Below, piece by piece: positions 29,156 to 39,500 of a stretch of DNA of 64,000 bases (positions within the stretch are counted from its first letter, which is position 1; each line of letters opens with the position of its first letter). The notes beneath the pieces are model-generated. The model was not told the DNA's origin. It worked only from the letters and a program-made list of their open reading frames with translations, and searched no databases. The translations under genes were made by a program, and so were the position numbers. Source of the DNA: Bacteriovoracaceae bacterium (lineage in GTDB: Bacteria > Bdellovibrionota > Bacteriovoracia > Bacteriovoracales > Bacteriovoracaceae). The stretch is from positions 64,001 to 128,000 of the forward strand of contig JBLWTJ010000004.1 of NCBI GenBank assembly GCA_048270185.1, read 5' to 3'.

Positions 29156-30426
29156 TGAATAAAATTCTATTTTTACTACTTACAGTTTCTATTTCATCTT
29201 TTGCTCAAAAATCACAACCTAAGAATTGGGGAATAGGTTTTGGACAAAGAACTGCAACTATACCTTACAAAGCAAGCGAAGATACAGTTTCTGATATTAT
29301 TCCACTTTTTTATTACGAAAGAGGCGATTTTGAACTCAATGGACTTGAAGCTCGATTTTCATTTTTTAAATATAATCAATCGAAGCTTAATTTAGTAACA
29401 AAGTATCGCTTCTACGATATTCCAAAAGAACTTCAAAATGAAACTCGACGTTCGGGCTTCGACTATGGTCTCGAATATGAATTTGGCCACTCTGATTTTT
29501 GGCATACTAGAGCACAATTTCTTACCGATAGCTCAACAAGACCATACTTTAATATTGAGACAGAGTCAGATCATATCTGGAGTATTATTCATTACAGGCC
29601 CTATGCGTACTTAACAGTAAGAGGGAAAGAATTTAATAAAAGTTATTATTATAATGATCACATCGGTTACGAGATTGGTGCAGGAGTTAAAGCAACAATA
29701 AAGGTATATGAAAACTTTCATCTACTAGCTCAAGCAAAGCTAAGTGCACTCGATCCAAAAACAAGAGATCAAAATGAAATCGATAAACAAGTAAACTATG
29801 AAACGTTCTTTGGTATATCATTCTTAGATCAAAGTACTCACCAAAAAAAGCAAGACAAGTACAAGAATATAAGTAAGCTTAAAAGTAGAGATTTCTTTCG
29901 CGTTACTTATGCACAGGCAACACCATCTAACTTAAGTGATATTCTAAGCTTTCACACAGCTTGGGATAAGTACGAAAACGATATGGTTTCATTAAGTTAC
30001 GGAATACCTCTATCTGATACTTTTATGGGAAGTGAAGTTCCAGTCTACTTACTTCCAACTTATGTTCAACACTTAAGTAGTAATCAACAAAGTAGTATTA
30101 GTGAGTACGTCTTGGCCGTTAAAATATATATTCCATTCTATTGGCCAGTAAAATGGCGATTAGGTCTTGCTGAAGGTATTTCATACCTAGACGAAATTAC
30201 ATATATTGAAGAAGTTGATATCGCAGGAAAAGGCTATCGTGGAAGCAAGTGGATGAACTATTTAGATTTCTCTCTAGATATATCGTTAGAAAAACTTGGC
30301 TTTAAAGATACTTGGGCCGGGATAATGATTCATCATCGCTCATCAATTTTTGAATCTTCATCACTCTTTGGACGCATCAAAGGTGGAAGCAATTATATTG
30401 GTTTATTTTTACAACAAGAGTTATAG
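29155..30426 (+). CDS. MipA/OmpV-family outer membrane protein fused to a second small beta-barrel
   Basis: TAATG coupling to pldA; PYK...IPLFYYE MipA-like N-half; C-half ends HHRSSIF...GGSNYIG. Confidence 0.65.
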   Translation: MNKILFLLLTVSISSFAQKSQPKNWGIGFGQRTATIPYKASEDTVSDIIPLFYYERGDFELNGLEARFSFFKYNQSKLNLVTKYRFYDIPKELQNETRRSGFDYGLEYEFGHSDFWHTRAQFLTDSSTRPYFNIETESDHIWSIIHYRPYAYLTVRGKEFNKSYYYNDHIGYEIGAGVKATIKVYENFHLLAQAKLSALDPKTRDQNEIDKQVNYETFFGISFLDQSTHQKKQDKYKNISKLKSRDFFRVTYAQATPSNLSDILSFHTAWDKYENDMVSLSYGIPLSDTFMGSEVPVYLLPTYVQHLSSNQQSSISEYVLAVKIYIPFYWPVKWRLGLAEGISYLDEITYIEEVDIAGKGYRGSKWMNYLDFSLDISLEKLGFKDTWAGIMIHHRSSIFESSSLFGRIKGGSNYIGLFLQQEL

Positions 30427-30510
30427 AAAAAGCTTTAAACACTGACAAAAATCATTAAAATAGCTAAATTTTCTTATATAGTTAGGACATAAACCACCGA
30501 TAATGGGGGT

Positions 30511-32013
30511 ATGAAAAAGCTAAACCATATAACTCTACCATTAATTTTATCGACCTCTATCACGGGCTTTACAGCATACTTTGCTGAAATAAATTTTGCC
30601 TCGGCTGCATTATTTTTTACCGCCCCTTTTCCTCTTCTAGCAAGTTTTGTTTTTCTCTCAAGAAAAAGAAAAAATGAAATGAAAGTTCTACTTCAAAAGC
30701 TAGATTATCTTCAAAGAAATATTGTGGGAACCAACTCACAATTCTTTGAATCTTGTGAACAGCTTGACGAAAGTACTGAAGAGCAAGCAAGTGCAGTTAT
30801 TCAAACAAGTGCAACAAGTGATGAAATTAGCGCGATGATCACAAGAACAACTTCATCAATCAGCTCTTTTGAAGAGAATATCAAAGAGATTAATAACCTA
30901 ATCAGTAGCAGTGATCACTCTCTCGGAAAACTTGAACAAAATATCAATGCAAGTCTAGACACAAGTAAAGATATCAATGGTTCACTTTCTAGTATTGTTA
31001 ATGATCTAAGTGGATTCATGGAAACATTCACTGATGTTGAAACCAAGGCACAACTAATTAACGATATCGTTTTTCAAACAAAGCTTCTCTCTTTTAACGC
31101 ATCCGTTGAAGCAGCTCGTGCAGGTGAGCATGGTAAGGGATTCTCAGTTGTTGCAGAAGAGATAGGTAAACTTGCATCAACAAGTGGAGAAAGTGCTGAT
31201 GCAATTAATGCAACATTAAATGAAGCGCAAGATAAGCTAAACAAGCTGATTACTGAAATTCAGAATAAGAGTAAGGATCTTAGTGATCGCCTAGATCAGA
31301 CTTCAGTTTCATGTGATACAACACTTTCGGAATTCAAACGTAGCTTCAATCAAACAAATGAAGAAACAATGAAAATGAATCAACAAATTGAAGAAGTTAC
31401 AATTGCTTCACGTGAACAAGAAAATGGAGTTATTGAACTTAGGGATGCAATTCATTCTATCAATAATTCAACTCAACGAAGCACGCTTGTTGTTTCTCAA
31501 ACACTTAATCTTGCTAACACACTAAACAGCTACCTAGGTGAATTATCAGGTGCGATCACTCAAACTAAAAATAGTAACAATGTTGTTATATCTGATCAGA
31601 TCGAAGAGATCCCTTGGGAAGGAAAGTATGCGCTTGGAATCGATAAGATCGATTATGAGCACCAAGAGATTCTTAATCTTATCAATGGTCTAATTCGCGC
31701 AATGAATACAAAAAGAGGAATTAAAGAAGCCTTCATAAAACTTAAAGATTATACAATTATGCACTTTACTGAAGAGGAAGAGTACATGCAAAGTATTAAC
31801 TATCCGTCTTATGAATCTCACAAGAGAGTCCATGAGAAGTTATTAGGTGCTTTAGGTAAGTTTGCAGTTGAACTAGAAGCCGGTCGTTTACAAAAAGATA
31901 AGCTTGCAAGCTTTCTTAAGAACTGGTTATTTACACATATTATGGGAATCGATGCTAAATATGCTGAACACGGAAGAAATCAGCATGCTCATTCGCATAA
32001 GCATGCTGCATAG
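30511..32013 (+). CDS. Methyl-accepting chemotaxis protein with C-terminal bacteriohemerythrin domain
   Basis: [30 protein letters not shown] hairpin; hemerythrin ligands IDYEH, HFTEEE, HKRVH, HIMGID. Confidence 0.92.
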   Translation: MKKLNHITLPLILSTSITGFTAYFAEINFASAALFFTAPFPLLASFVFLSRKRKNEMKVLLQKLDYLQRNIVGTNSQFFESCEQLDESTEEQASAVIQTSATSDEISAMITRTTSSISSFEENIKEINNLISSSDHSLGKLEQNINASLDTSKDINGSLSSIVNDLSGFMETFTDVETKAQLINDIVFQTKLLSFNASVEAARAGEHGKGFSVVAEEIGKLASTSGESADAINATLNEAQDKLNKLITEIQNKSKDLSDRLDQTSVSCDTTLSEFKRSFNQTNEETMKMNQQIEEVTIASREQENGVIELRDAIHSINNSTQRSTLVVSQTLNLANTLNSYLGELSGAITQTKNSNNVVISDQIEEIPWEGKYALGIDKIDYEHQEILNLINGLIRAMNTKRGIKEAFIKLKDYTIMHFTEEEEYMQSINYPSYESHKRVHEKLLGALGKFAVELEAGRLQKDKLASFLKNWLFTHIMGIDAKYAEHGRNQHAHSHKHAA

Positions 32014-32018
32014 ATAAA

Positions 32019-32996
32019 CTAAAATTCAGGATAAAAGACTTTAGCAAATCGCTTATAGTCTTCAAACTGAGGCATATGCCCTAAGCCTTTAAGCTCAACC
32101 AGCTTAAGCTTAGGGTTTTCCTTTTTTATATCTTTCCCAAGGTTCTGATACTGGCCTAATTTTCTTTTAACACCCTTTCTCTTCCAACCACGTCCTGGAC
32201 CAGTGCGATCTCTGGTTCCAATAATTAAAACTGTCTTGGCCTTAATCTTAGGAAACTTTTCAACGATATTATCATTGAAGATAGGTCCATATGTAAGTGC
32301 CGCGTTCCAAGCGACAACTTCGTAGTCTGGTCCATTCAGTTGCCCCTTAAATGGTGTCAAAAGCTCTTCATATGAATCGTTCCACGTACCATCATAATAA
32401 TTCTTTTTTTGATAAGCACGTGCCATATCAACAGTTTTACCCATCTCACTCTTAAAGAAGAACTCAGGATCTTTATATTCTACGTAATCAAGATATGGTT
32501 CTAAGCCGATAGGATTAACAAGTATTACTTTTCTAATATCGCGATACATTGCCCCCATATTAACTGCCAGCATTCCTCCCATGGAATGCCCAACAACAAT
32601 ATACTTTCTAATTTTAAGAGATTTAATCAGCTCATGTGTATTGTGAGCAAGTTGAGGAAAGCTGTAATTGTAATTTTCGGGCTTACTACTTTTACCAAAT
32701 CCAATTTGATCTGGAATAATGACACGGTAACCTTTCTTAACAAGATCATTAGCAATTCTCTCCCAATAGAAACCCGCAAAATTCTTCCCATGAAGAAGGA
32801 CTGCAACTTTACTACGAGAACTTCCAATATCCATATAGCGCATTTTTAAGTCTTGCCTTTGAGACTTAAATTCATAAGTCTTTACATCAAATGGATACTT
32901 AAATTCTGAAAGTTCTTTATCAAAGGATAATTCCTTAGTATTTGATGCACATGACATAAGACATAACGCGAGTAAAATTAAATTCATTAGCTTCAT
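32019..32996 (-). CDS. Alpha/beta hydrolase lipoprotein
   Basis: Lipobox LMSC; LLHGKN, PDQIGFGKS, GHSMGG and GHMP motifs. Confidence 0.88.
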   Translation of the reverse strand: MKLMNLILLALCLMSCASNTKELSFDKELSEFKYPFDVKTYEFKSQRQDLKMRYMDIGSSRSKVAVLLHGKNFAGFYWERIANDLVKKGYRVIIPDQIGFGKSSKPENYNYSFPQLAHNTHELIKSLKIRKYIVVGHSMGGMLAVNMGAMYRDIRKVILVNPIGLEPYLDYVEYKDPEFFFKSEMGKTVDMARAYQKKNYYDGTWNDSYEELLTPFKGQLNGPDYEVVAWNAALTYGPIFNDNIVEKFPKIKAKTVLIIGTRDRTGPGRGWKRKGVKRKLGQYQNLGKDIKKENPKLKLVELKGLGHMPQFEDYKRFAKVFYPEF

Positions 32997-33007
32997 GATA
33001 ATTCCTT

Positions 33008-33661
33008 TTAAATAATATCCTCAAAGAAAGCACCAAACTCTTTCTCTGGGTGTCTAATGTGTATTTCTAATATCCAAAGGTCTTGTGCCGGTGTTGTATC
33101 AATACTTCCAAGACTACCCTTAAAGTGAATAGCATGCGGGAAATCACCAAGGCGATGGCCACTCATCTTAAGATTTAACTCGTAACCAAGTTCTTGCGCG
33201 TACTTAGTTGCAAATTGATAGAGCTTTTCACCTGTGTAATTTTCTTCACGACATTTTTTGGCAGTTTTGGTGAAGACATCCTCACATGCATTCTTTATCG
33301 CCGAATATTCTTCGTTATGTCCGACGATGAAAGTCTCTCCATAGTCTCCTTCATGAGATTCAAAAACAGGACCGATATCAATAAAGAAGATGTCTTCAGA
33401 CTTTAAAGTAATACCTACTTCAGATTTATCTCTAAAAGACTTTGTTGTATTAACACCAATTCTAAATTTTGTGGGATGCCACTTCTTTTCCACACCATGC
33501 TTGGCCAGAACTTCATCGACAAGGGTCTGGCCCTCTTCTTCATTCATACCTATCTCTACAAGAGAGGCAATCTGCTTCACTGCCAAGATTGTCTTCTCTC
33601 TTGCCTCAAGATACTTATCCCGACAAAATTTTTCACCAACTTGTTCGATCTTATTTGACAT
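33008..33661 (-). CDS. M24-family metallopeptidase (catalytic domain only)
   Basis: IDIGP, EGDYGET, GHRLG, LEIH and FFEDI pita-bread metal ligands. Confidence 0.85.
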   Translation of the reverse strand: MSNKIEQVGEKFCRDKYLEAREKTILAVKQIASLVEIGMNEEEGQTLVDEVLAKHGVEKKWHPTKFRIGVNTTKSFRDKSEVGITLKSEDIFFIDIGPVFESHEGDYGETFIVGHNEEYSAIKNACEDVFTKTAKKCREENYTGEKLYQFATKYAQELGYELNLKMSGHRLGDFPHAIHFKGSLGSIDTTPAQDLWILEIHIRHPEKEFGAFFEDII

Positions 33662-33783
33662 GGAACTATTTTAAACTATTGAAATTGAGTGTAAATACTT
33701 AATCATAATCAACTATTTAAGACGGGTATTCTTCAATCTTAAAATATTAAATATTTATATCAGAAGAGCCGATTAGCTAAAAG

Positions 33784-34797
33784 ATGAGAGGATTTCAAAT
33801 ACTAATATATTTACTTATTTCACTGAATGATGTCTTTGCTAATGAAGAAATTACTAATCAACTTCATAAGTACTATCAACTTGAAGATGAAGTTCAAGTT
33901 CTAAAATATCATTCAAAAACCAATTCCTACAAGAAGAACAAACTCATTGTAAAGGAAGGCGAATTAAAAAAATTGAGAAAGAAACTTGATCTCATCTCTT
34001 TAGATTATCAAATTAGTAATATCGACCAAATTAACAATATGTCTGGACGCTATTTTAGTAATATCGACTGCTACCCTAGTGCTAGTGGATTAAAGTTCAA
34101 TGAAGAATTTGATCAGTGGCTTGAGCAAGCTGACGAAGAAAAAAAGAAAGTAGCCTTCCATGCAGAACAAAACCCTTATATTAAACAATGTCTTAAAAAT
34201 GTCGCAGAAGGAACAGTTAAAGAAGATAATTCAAGTTGGAGTGCAATTTGTAAAAAAGTCGACTGGTGGCCGGACACATATCAACGTGGCACTAAATCCC
34301 ACAGAGTCAAAAAGAAGAATGGAAGAATTGTTCTTGAAACAAGTTTATACTTCACTTTTAAAGGGGAAGAAGAAGATCGTGAAGAATCTTTTAAAAAACT
34401 ACAAAGTGCCAAATCATGTATGAAACAATTCTACGCAAAGCAAGGAATTGATCTTGAGATTACTTTCTATGAAGAAAGTGGCTTTAAAGATTGGTATAGC
34501 TGTGACCATACAGCTAATCTTCATAAGACCACAGATCGTGCCAATAGTGACAATTGGAGTTCTCATGGAGCCTCTAATCCAAATATGAATGACTCGAATC
34601 GCTGTGCCCTCTATGTACATGAGCTCAATCATAAGCTAGGACTTGGTGATACATATGTTGACCCTGATTGTCCTGATCGTGATCCAATTAATCCAACTGA
34701 TGATATTATGAATGCTGGCTCGCATTCTCGTATTGAAGATAAGAGACTTTACCCTGATGCCTTAAAGAAAATATTAGGGGTACTTTGTGGTAAGTAA
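33784..34797 (+). CDS. Secreted metzincin-like zinc metalloprotease
   Basis: Signal peptide; HELNHKLGLGD zinc motif; DIM Met-turn. Confidence 0.75.
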   Translation: MRGFQILIYLLISLNDVFANEEITNQLHKYYQLEDEVQVLKYHSKTNSYKKNKLIVKEGELKKLRKKLDLISLDYQISNIDQINNMSGRYFSNIDCYPSASGLKFNEEFDQWLEQADEEKKKVAFHAEQNPYIKQCLKNVAEGTVKEDNSSWSAICKKVDWWPDTYQRGTKSHRVKKKNGRIVLETSLYFTFKGEEEDREESFKKLQSAKSCMKQFYAKQGIDLEITFYEESGFKDWYSCDHTANLHKTTDRANSDNWSSHGASNPNMNDSNRCALYVHELNHKLGLGDTYVDPDCPDRDPINPTDDIMNAGSHSRIEDKRLYPDALKKILGVLCGK

Positions 34798-35554
34798 ACT
34801 AATACTTTTGGCCGGTCTTATTTTTTCATTAAAGGCCTTTCCAAGTGATGATCTTGTCTTCTATGTACATGGTGGAGCGATGGAGTCCTACATAAAAGAC
34901 AAACTTATCGTAAAGAACGATTATCAAGTTATCTTTACCACAATTTCACCAACACTAAGTAAGTACCCAAATGATATTGGAAGTTTTGAGTTTAAAATTA
35001 CACCTCAAAAATATAAAGAACTAAAAAGAGTAATCATAGAACAGTTTAGTAAAATCCCTATGCCAAAATTTCAACCACCAAATGGCTCAATTGTTGAAGA
35101 ATTACATTTTGGTAATAAAAAGATTTTTTGGACATCTCACACAGAAAGTAAGGCCGCAAAAACTATAAGAAAAGAATTTCGCTCAATTGCAATTAAGGCC
35201 ATAAAACATCCAGTAAATGCAATTAACGTCGAATGTAAACAAGTACAAGCGATGATTAATTGTCACTATACAAATATTGGAAAAAAAGAAGTCAAAACAA
35301 TTGATCCTTTGGGAGTTTCACATTCAATTTTTTGTAATGATGAGTATGGACAGAGACAATTTCTCCATACCCTAGATACTTATAACCCTAAAAAGCTAAG
35401 GCCCAAAAAAATTATAATCCCAGTAAAAGATCGTTACGACTTTAAGGTTAAAACTGCAATTCAATGTAAAGGGCCGATTACTGTTAAGACGACAAATATG
35501 CTTATCAATAACGAGTATAAGGACTTATTGCTAGGTGAGACAGTCTCTAAGTAG
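34787..35554 (+). CDS. Secreted hypothetical protein
   Basis: 255 aa ORF overlapping the protease stop; signal peptide. Confidence 0.7.
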   Translation: MVSKLILLAGLIFSLKAFPSDDLVFYVHGGAMESYIKDKLIVKNDYQVIFTTISPTLSKYPNDIGSFEFKITPQKYKELKRVIIEQFSKIPMPKFQPPNGSIVEELHFGNKKIFWTSHTESKAAKTIRKEFRSIAIKAIKHPVNAINVECKQVQAMINCHYTNIGKKEVKTIDPLGVSHSIFCNDEYGQRQFLHTLDTYNPKKLRPKKIIIPVKDRYDFKVKTAIQCKGPITVKTTNMLINNEYKDLLLGETVSK

Positions 35555-35556
35555 TC

Positions 35557-36120
35557 CTAAATTCTTATAGCAAAACCAAGTGATGATTGATACTCCTGAT
35601 CACTTCCCTTTGGCCTTCCCGTAAAAAGAACATTAACTCCAGCATTGAGTGTAAAAACGTTCATAAAGTTTAGACTTAAACCTGTTCCTGCATATGGTGA
35701 AACATAAGTTGCTGGCTCAGTCGTCGTTGTCACACCAGCTTCCGTCTTCTCATACTTCGTATCTCGTGCATGGCCACCAGCTCTTAAATACCAATTAAGT
35801 GCACGACCGATATTGTATGAACTTCTAAGGCCTAGCATGTAATTCGTTGAAGTATCTTTAACCTGAACTCCTGAATCAAAAGTTTCATCTTCTTTTGCCT
35901 GAGTCACTTCTGCTTCCAGAGATAAAAGTCTTGGGCCATAATTCGCTCTTAGGCCATAGAAAAGGCGGCTTGAAGTATGGGCCGTTGGTAGTAATTTTTG
36001 AACTCGCTCATAGCCAACAACAGGTTCAATCACAAGGTTGCCCTTACTATAGCCACTATAGCTGCGCCCTTGTGCGAAAGTTAAAAATGAGAATATTGAG
36101 ATTAGTAGAGTCTTTTTCAT
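35557..36120 (-). CDS. Small outer membrane beta-barrel protein
   Basis: Signal peptide, alternating amphipathic strands, SPYAGTG, C-terminal LGFAIRI. Confidence 0.7.
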   Translation of the reverse strand: MKKTLLISIFSFLTFAQGRSYSGYSKGNLVIEPVVGYERVQKLLPTAHTSSRLFYGLRANYGPRLLSLEAEVTQAKEDETFDSGVQVKDTSTNYMLGLRSSYNIGRALNWYLRAGGHARDTKYEKTEAGVTTTTEPATYVSPYAGTGLSLNFMNVFTLNAGVNVLFTGRPKGSDQEYQSSLGFAIRI

Positions 36121-36257
36121 TCGAGTATTATCTCATACTCAAGCAGCTAAATGTCTCAGGAGGAAATAAAAGCTTTTCTTTCAAGTGATGACTGTATTTT
36201 CAGATAGTTAAAAAACAAGCGCAAGCTCAATGACGCCGAGTCTGCTTAATATGCATA

Positions 36258-36293
36258 TAAAATAAAACAAGCGTCAACGCCGGTTTTATTTTA
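36258..36293. terminator. Hairpin, possible terminator of the tRNA-Ser transcript
   Basis: TAAAATAAAAC...GTTTTATTTTA inverted repeat enclosing GCGT-CA-ACGC. Confidence 0.4.
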
Positions 36294-36339
36294 ACAATGT
36301 TATCTTATTGAAATATAGAACGAAGTGTTTGAGAAAAAA

Positions 36340-36429
36340 TGGCGGAGAAGGCGAGATTTGAACTCGCGGTACCCGTAAGGGTACGACACCTTAGCAAGGT
36401 GCTGGATTCGGCCACTCTCCCACTTCTCC
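36340..36429 (-). tRNA. tRNA-Ser(GCT)
   Basis: GGAGAAG/CTTCTCC acceptor stem, anticodon GCT, long variable arm, encoded CCA. Confidence 0.96.
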
Positions 36430-36443
36430 ACAAAGAAATGAAA

Positions 36444-36529
36444 TGGCGGAGGACACAGGATTCGAACCTGCGGAGCTCGCGCTCAACGGTTTTCAAAACC
36501 GCCGCTTTCGACCACTCAGCCAATCCTCC
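36444..36529 (-). tRNA. tRNA-Ser(TGA)
   Basis: GGAGGAT/GTCCTCC acceptor stem, anticodon TGA, long variable arm, GGTTCGAATCC, encoded CCA. Confidence 0.96.
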
Positions 36530-36590
36530 GCAAAAACACAAAAAGTTTTGCATTCGTGAGATATATTATTAAGATTCTTCCATACATTTG

Positions 36591-39500
36591 TCAACGCTTT
36601 AATTGATTAATTAATGCTTGAATATTTTGACGATCTGGTGCAGTTGGGCTCAGTGTCAAATATCTTTGAAATTTATCAATCGCCAAATTAGGCTGACCAA
36701 GTTCTTTATATAGAAATCCCATCATCTTATTAAGCTCTGGATCCGTTGAATTGAGCTGATTAGCGCGCTGAAAGAACTGTAGAGACGGAACAAACTCACG
36801 CGTCTGAAAAGTCAATTTACCCATCGAGAAAATAGCATCAAAATAGCGTTTATTGATCTGTATTGCCTTAGAGAGATTTGTCTTAGCTTCATTTACTTTC
36901 TTCGCACGTAAATAAATTTCTCCTAAAATATAATAACCATACTCTGAACTAGGATGGAGTTTAATTTCAGCTTGGGCCATCTTCTCAGCTTCTTTGAAAT
37001 TCCCCTGTTGGAAGAAGATCTTCGAACGGTAATAATTAATACGAGGATAAGTCGGAAGCCTCTCTTCGAGAATATTGATATGTTTAACGGCCGCATTGAA
37101 GTTTTTAAGGTGAATATAAGTGATGATTAACTTCTCACGTACAAGAAGGTTTCCAGGCTCGTAAACGAGAAGTTTAATAGCGTTCTCGACTAATTCTTTA
37201 TAATTTCTTTCAATCTCAGATACTTCAACTAAGTATGAATAAAGAGCACCATCTTTCTTGTTAAGGCGATCAAGTACTTCCTTCATCTCGCGGTAAGCTT
37301 CAAAATTTTGATCTCGATAATAAAATACTGCAATCTGCCCATAGAGTTTTGGATTTTCTTTATGCTCTAATAATTCTTTTCTAAGATATCCTATGGCAGT
37401 TGAAACACCATCTGTTTCATAGAGAACCTTACTATTTAGAATTTTATAATCAATATTTGACGGATTTAAATTAATCGCATCATTTAAAAAGATCTTAGTT
37501 TGCTTAAGTTTCTTATTCTTAAATGCAATCTGGGCCATTTCATAGAATGGGATATCACTTAGAGGATTAACTCTAGCTGCTGCTTTAAACTTATCAAAGG
37601 CCATTTTATCATTAGAAATTAGACGATAGTAAAGTCCTAGTAGCATATGGAATTCATAGGTCTCACGAAACACTTCACTGGTAGAAAGTGCAGATAAAAG
37701 TCTTTTCGCTTCATCTTTTTTAAATGACTTTATATTTGCATTAATTAGAGCGTAGTTTACACGTGGATTTACAGGATGAAGTGCTCTAAGTTTTGTTAAA
37801 GTCTTAATGGCAAAGTCAAAGTACCCTCTTTTTACTTGAAGCTCTGAAAGGTAGAGCTTGGCATCGATACTTGTTTCATCTAAAGAAACCGCCCTTAAAG
37901 CGAGCTCGAATGCGCGATCCCAATTAAGAAGCGCTACTTCTTCTTTTGATTGCCTAATAAGGACTTTAATTTTACTTGTTGAAATAACCTTTTGAGTTAG
38001 ATCACTACCGGCAACATCTAAGGTCGCTAGAGTATCTCTTAAAGACTCATCATCATAAATCTTCAAAGATTGTTGGAATAACTTCGTGGCACCTTGAATA
38101 TCTTTTTCATAGGCTTTGATGAATCCCATAAATTTGAGACCTTGAGAGAATACGTAAGGTGAACCACCTCCATATTTGGCCACTAAAATAGATGCAACCT
38201 TCTTCAATAGATCCATCTTCTCTAGTTCTAATAATAATTCGCCGTAAACAATCATGAATCGGAAATCATTTTGAAACTTTGATTTATTCTCATTGATTAA
38301 ACTAAGTGCATCAGCACTTCTTTCGTTTAGAAGTAAATACTCAACCATAGCATCAATTGACTCAACTGATCGAAGCTTTGTTTGATTTAATTTTTCATAA
38401 ACTATTTTAGCTTTTTCTAATTCACCAGCTTTTAATAAGAATTTCAAGTAAACGGAAAAAAGCTTTATTGAGGGTTTATTTGATTTTAAATAATTATATC
38501 TCTCAATTGTGAAGATTGCTGTTTGATACTTTCTAAAATATCCATAAAACTGAGCTGCACCAATAACAACATCAATATCTGAAAGTAGTTTACTTTGCTC
38601 AATTCGAAGAAGTTTAGAGATAACCTGACCGGCCTTGTAGCGGTCTTGAGTATCAATTAGTAAATCACTGTAGACATGGATTAATTTATTAACGGCCGGG
38701 TTTCCAGAAAATTTATATTGTAGAGACTGATAAAACTTACCAGCAGCTGCAACTCTACCAGCATAGGTATCGAGTTGGAAGAGCTTAAGACCTTCAGCAT
38801 AGGCAACTTGGGCCTTCTGGGGTGCCGCAATTTCAGTAGCAACGGGAAATTCAATTTTCGGTACTAGGACTGTTTCAATTTCTTTCTTTTCTTCAGGTAG
38901 TAAGAAAATTATAGCAACAACTAAAAAGAGAGCTATCGTTAAGTTTCTTTTTTTATTTTGTGCTACTTTCTTAGGCTTCTTTAACTTCTCAACTTTCTTA
39001 GGTTTCTTCTTAAGACTTCTTTCCTGCTGTCTAATAGCGACCTCTAAATCAGAATAGTCCTCAATTTTAGAAGGCAGCTCTTCTTTTTTTAGATCGGCAA
39101 GGTTAAACAAGGCCGTAGCAGCATCTTCTTCAACAATCTCTTCAGCTATCTCTGGCTCTTTTTCTTCTTTCTTATCGCCATCTTCACTTTCTTCTTCATC
39201 CTCTTCATCAACACCAAGCTCTTGAGCTAAGTTATTAACGACGACGGTCTTTTCAATTTCATCTGTTTCAACTGGTTTCTTAAGATTTGAGACATTCACA
39301 ACAACTGTTTTCTCAACACCTGCTTCTTCCTCTTGCTCCTGCTCTAACTCTTTCTTTGCTTTAAACTTCTCCTGGATCTCATCGTAATCAATAGCAATGT
39401 CTTGATCTTTAGAGAATTTAAATTCATTAAAGGCCGTCTTCTCTTCACCAATTAAAGTGTGATGTTTTTGCTCACTGTCCGTAACAGCATATTTAACTTC

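Noticed and set aside
36205..36295. Short imperfect direct repeats (aaaacaagcg...acgccg) as a mobile or REP element
   Set aside because: Only two short degenerate copies; better explained as a hairpin/terminator region.
28150..36339. Integrative element or prophage at tRNA-Ser
   Set aside because: No integrase, phage or transposase genes, and no duplicated tRNA 3' end seen by eye.
36305..36572. Short ORFs on both strands
   Set aside because: Shadows of the two tRNA-Ser genes.
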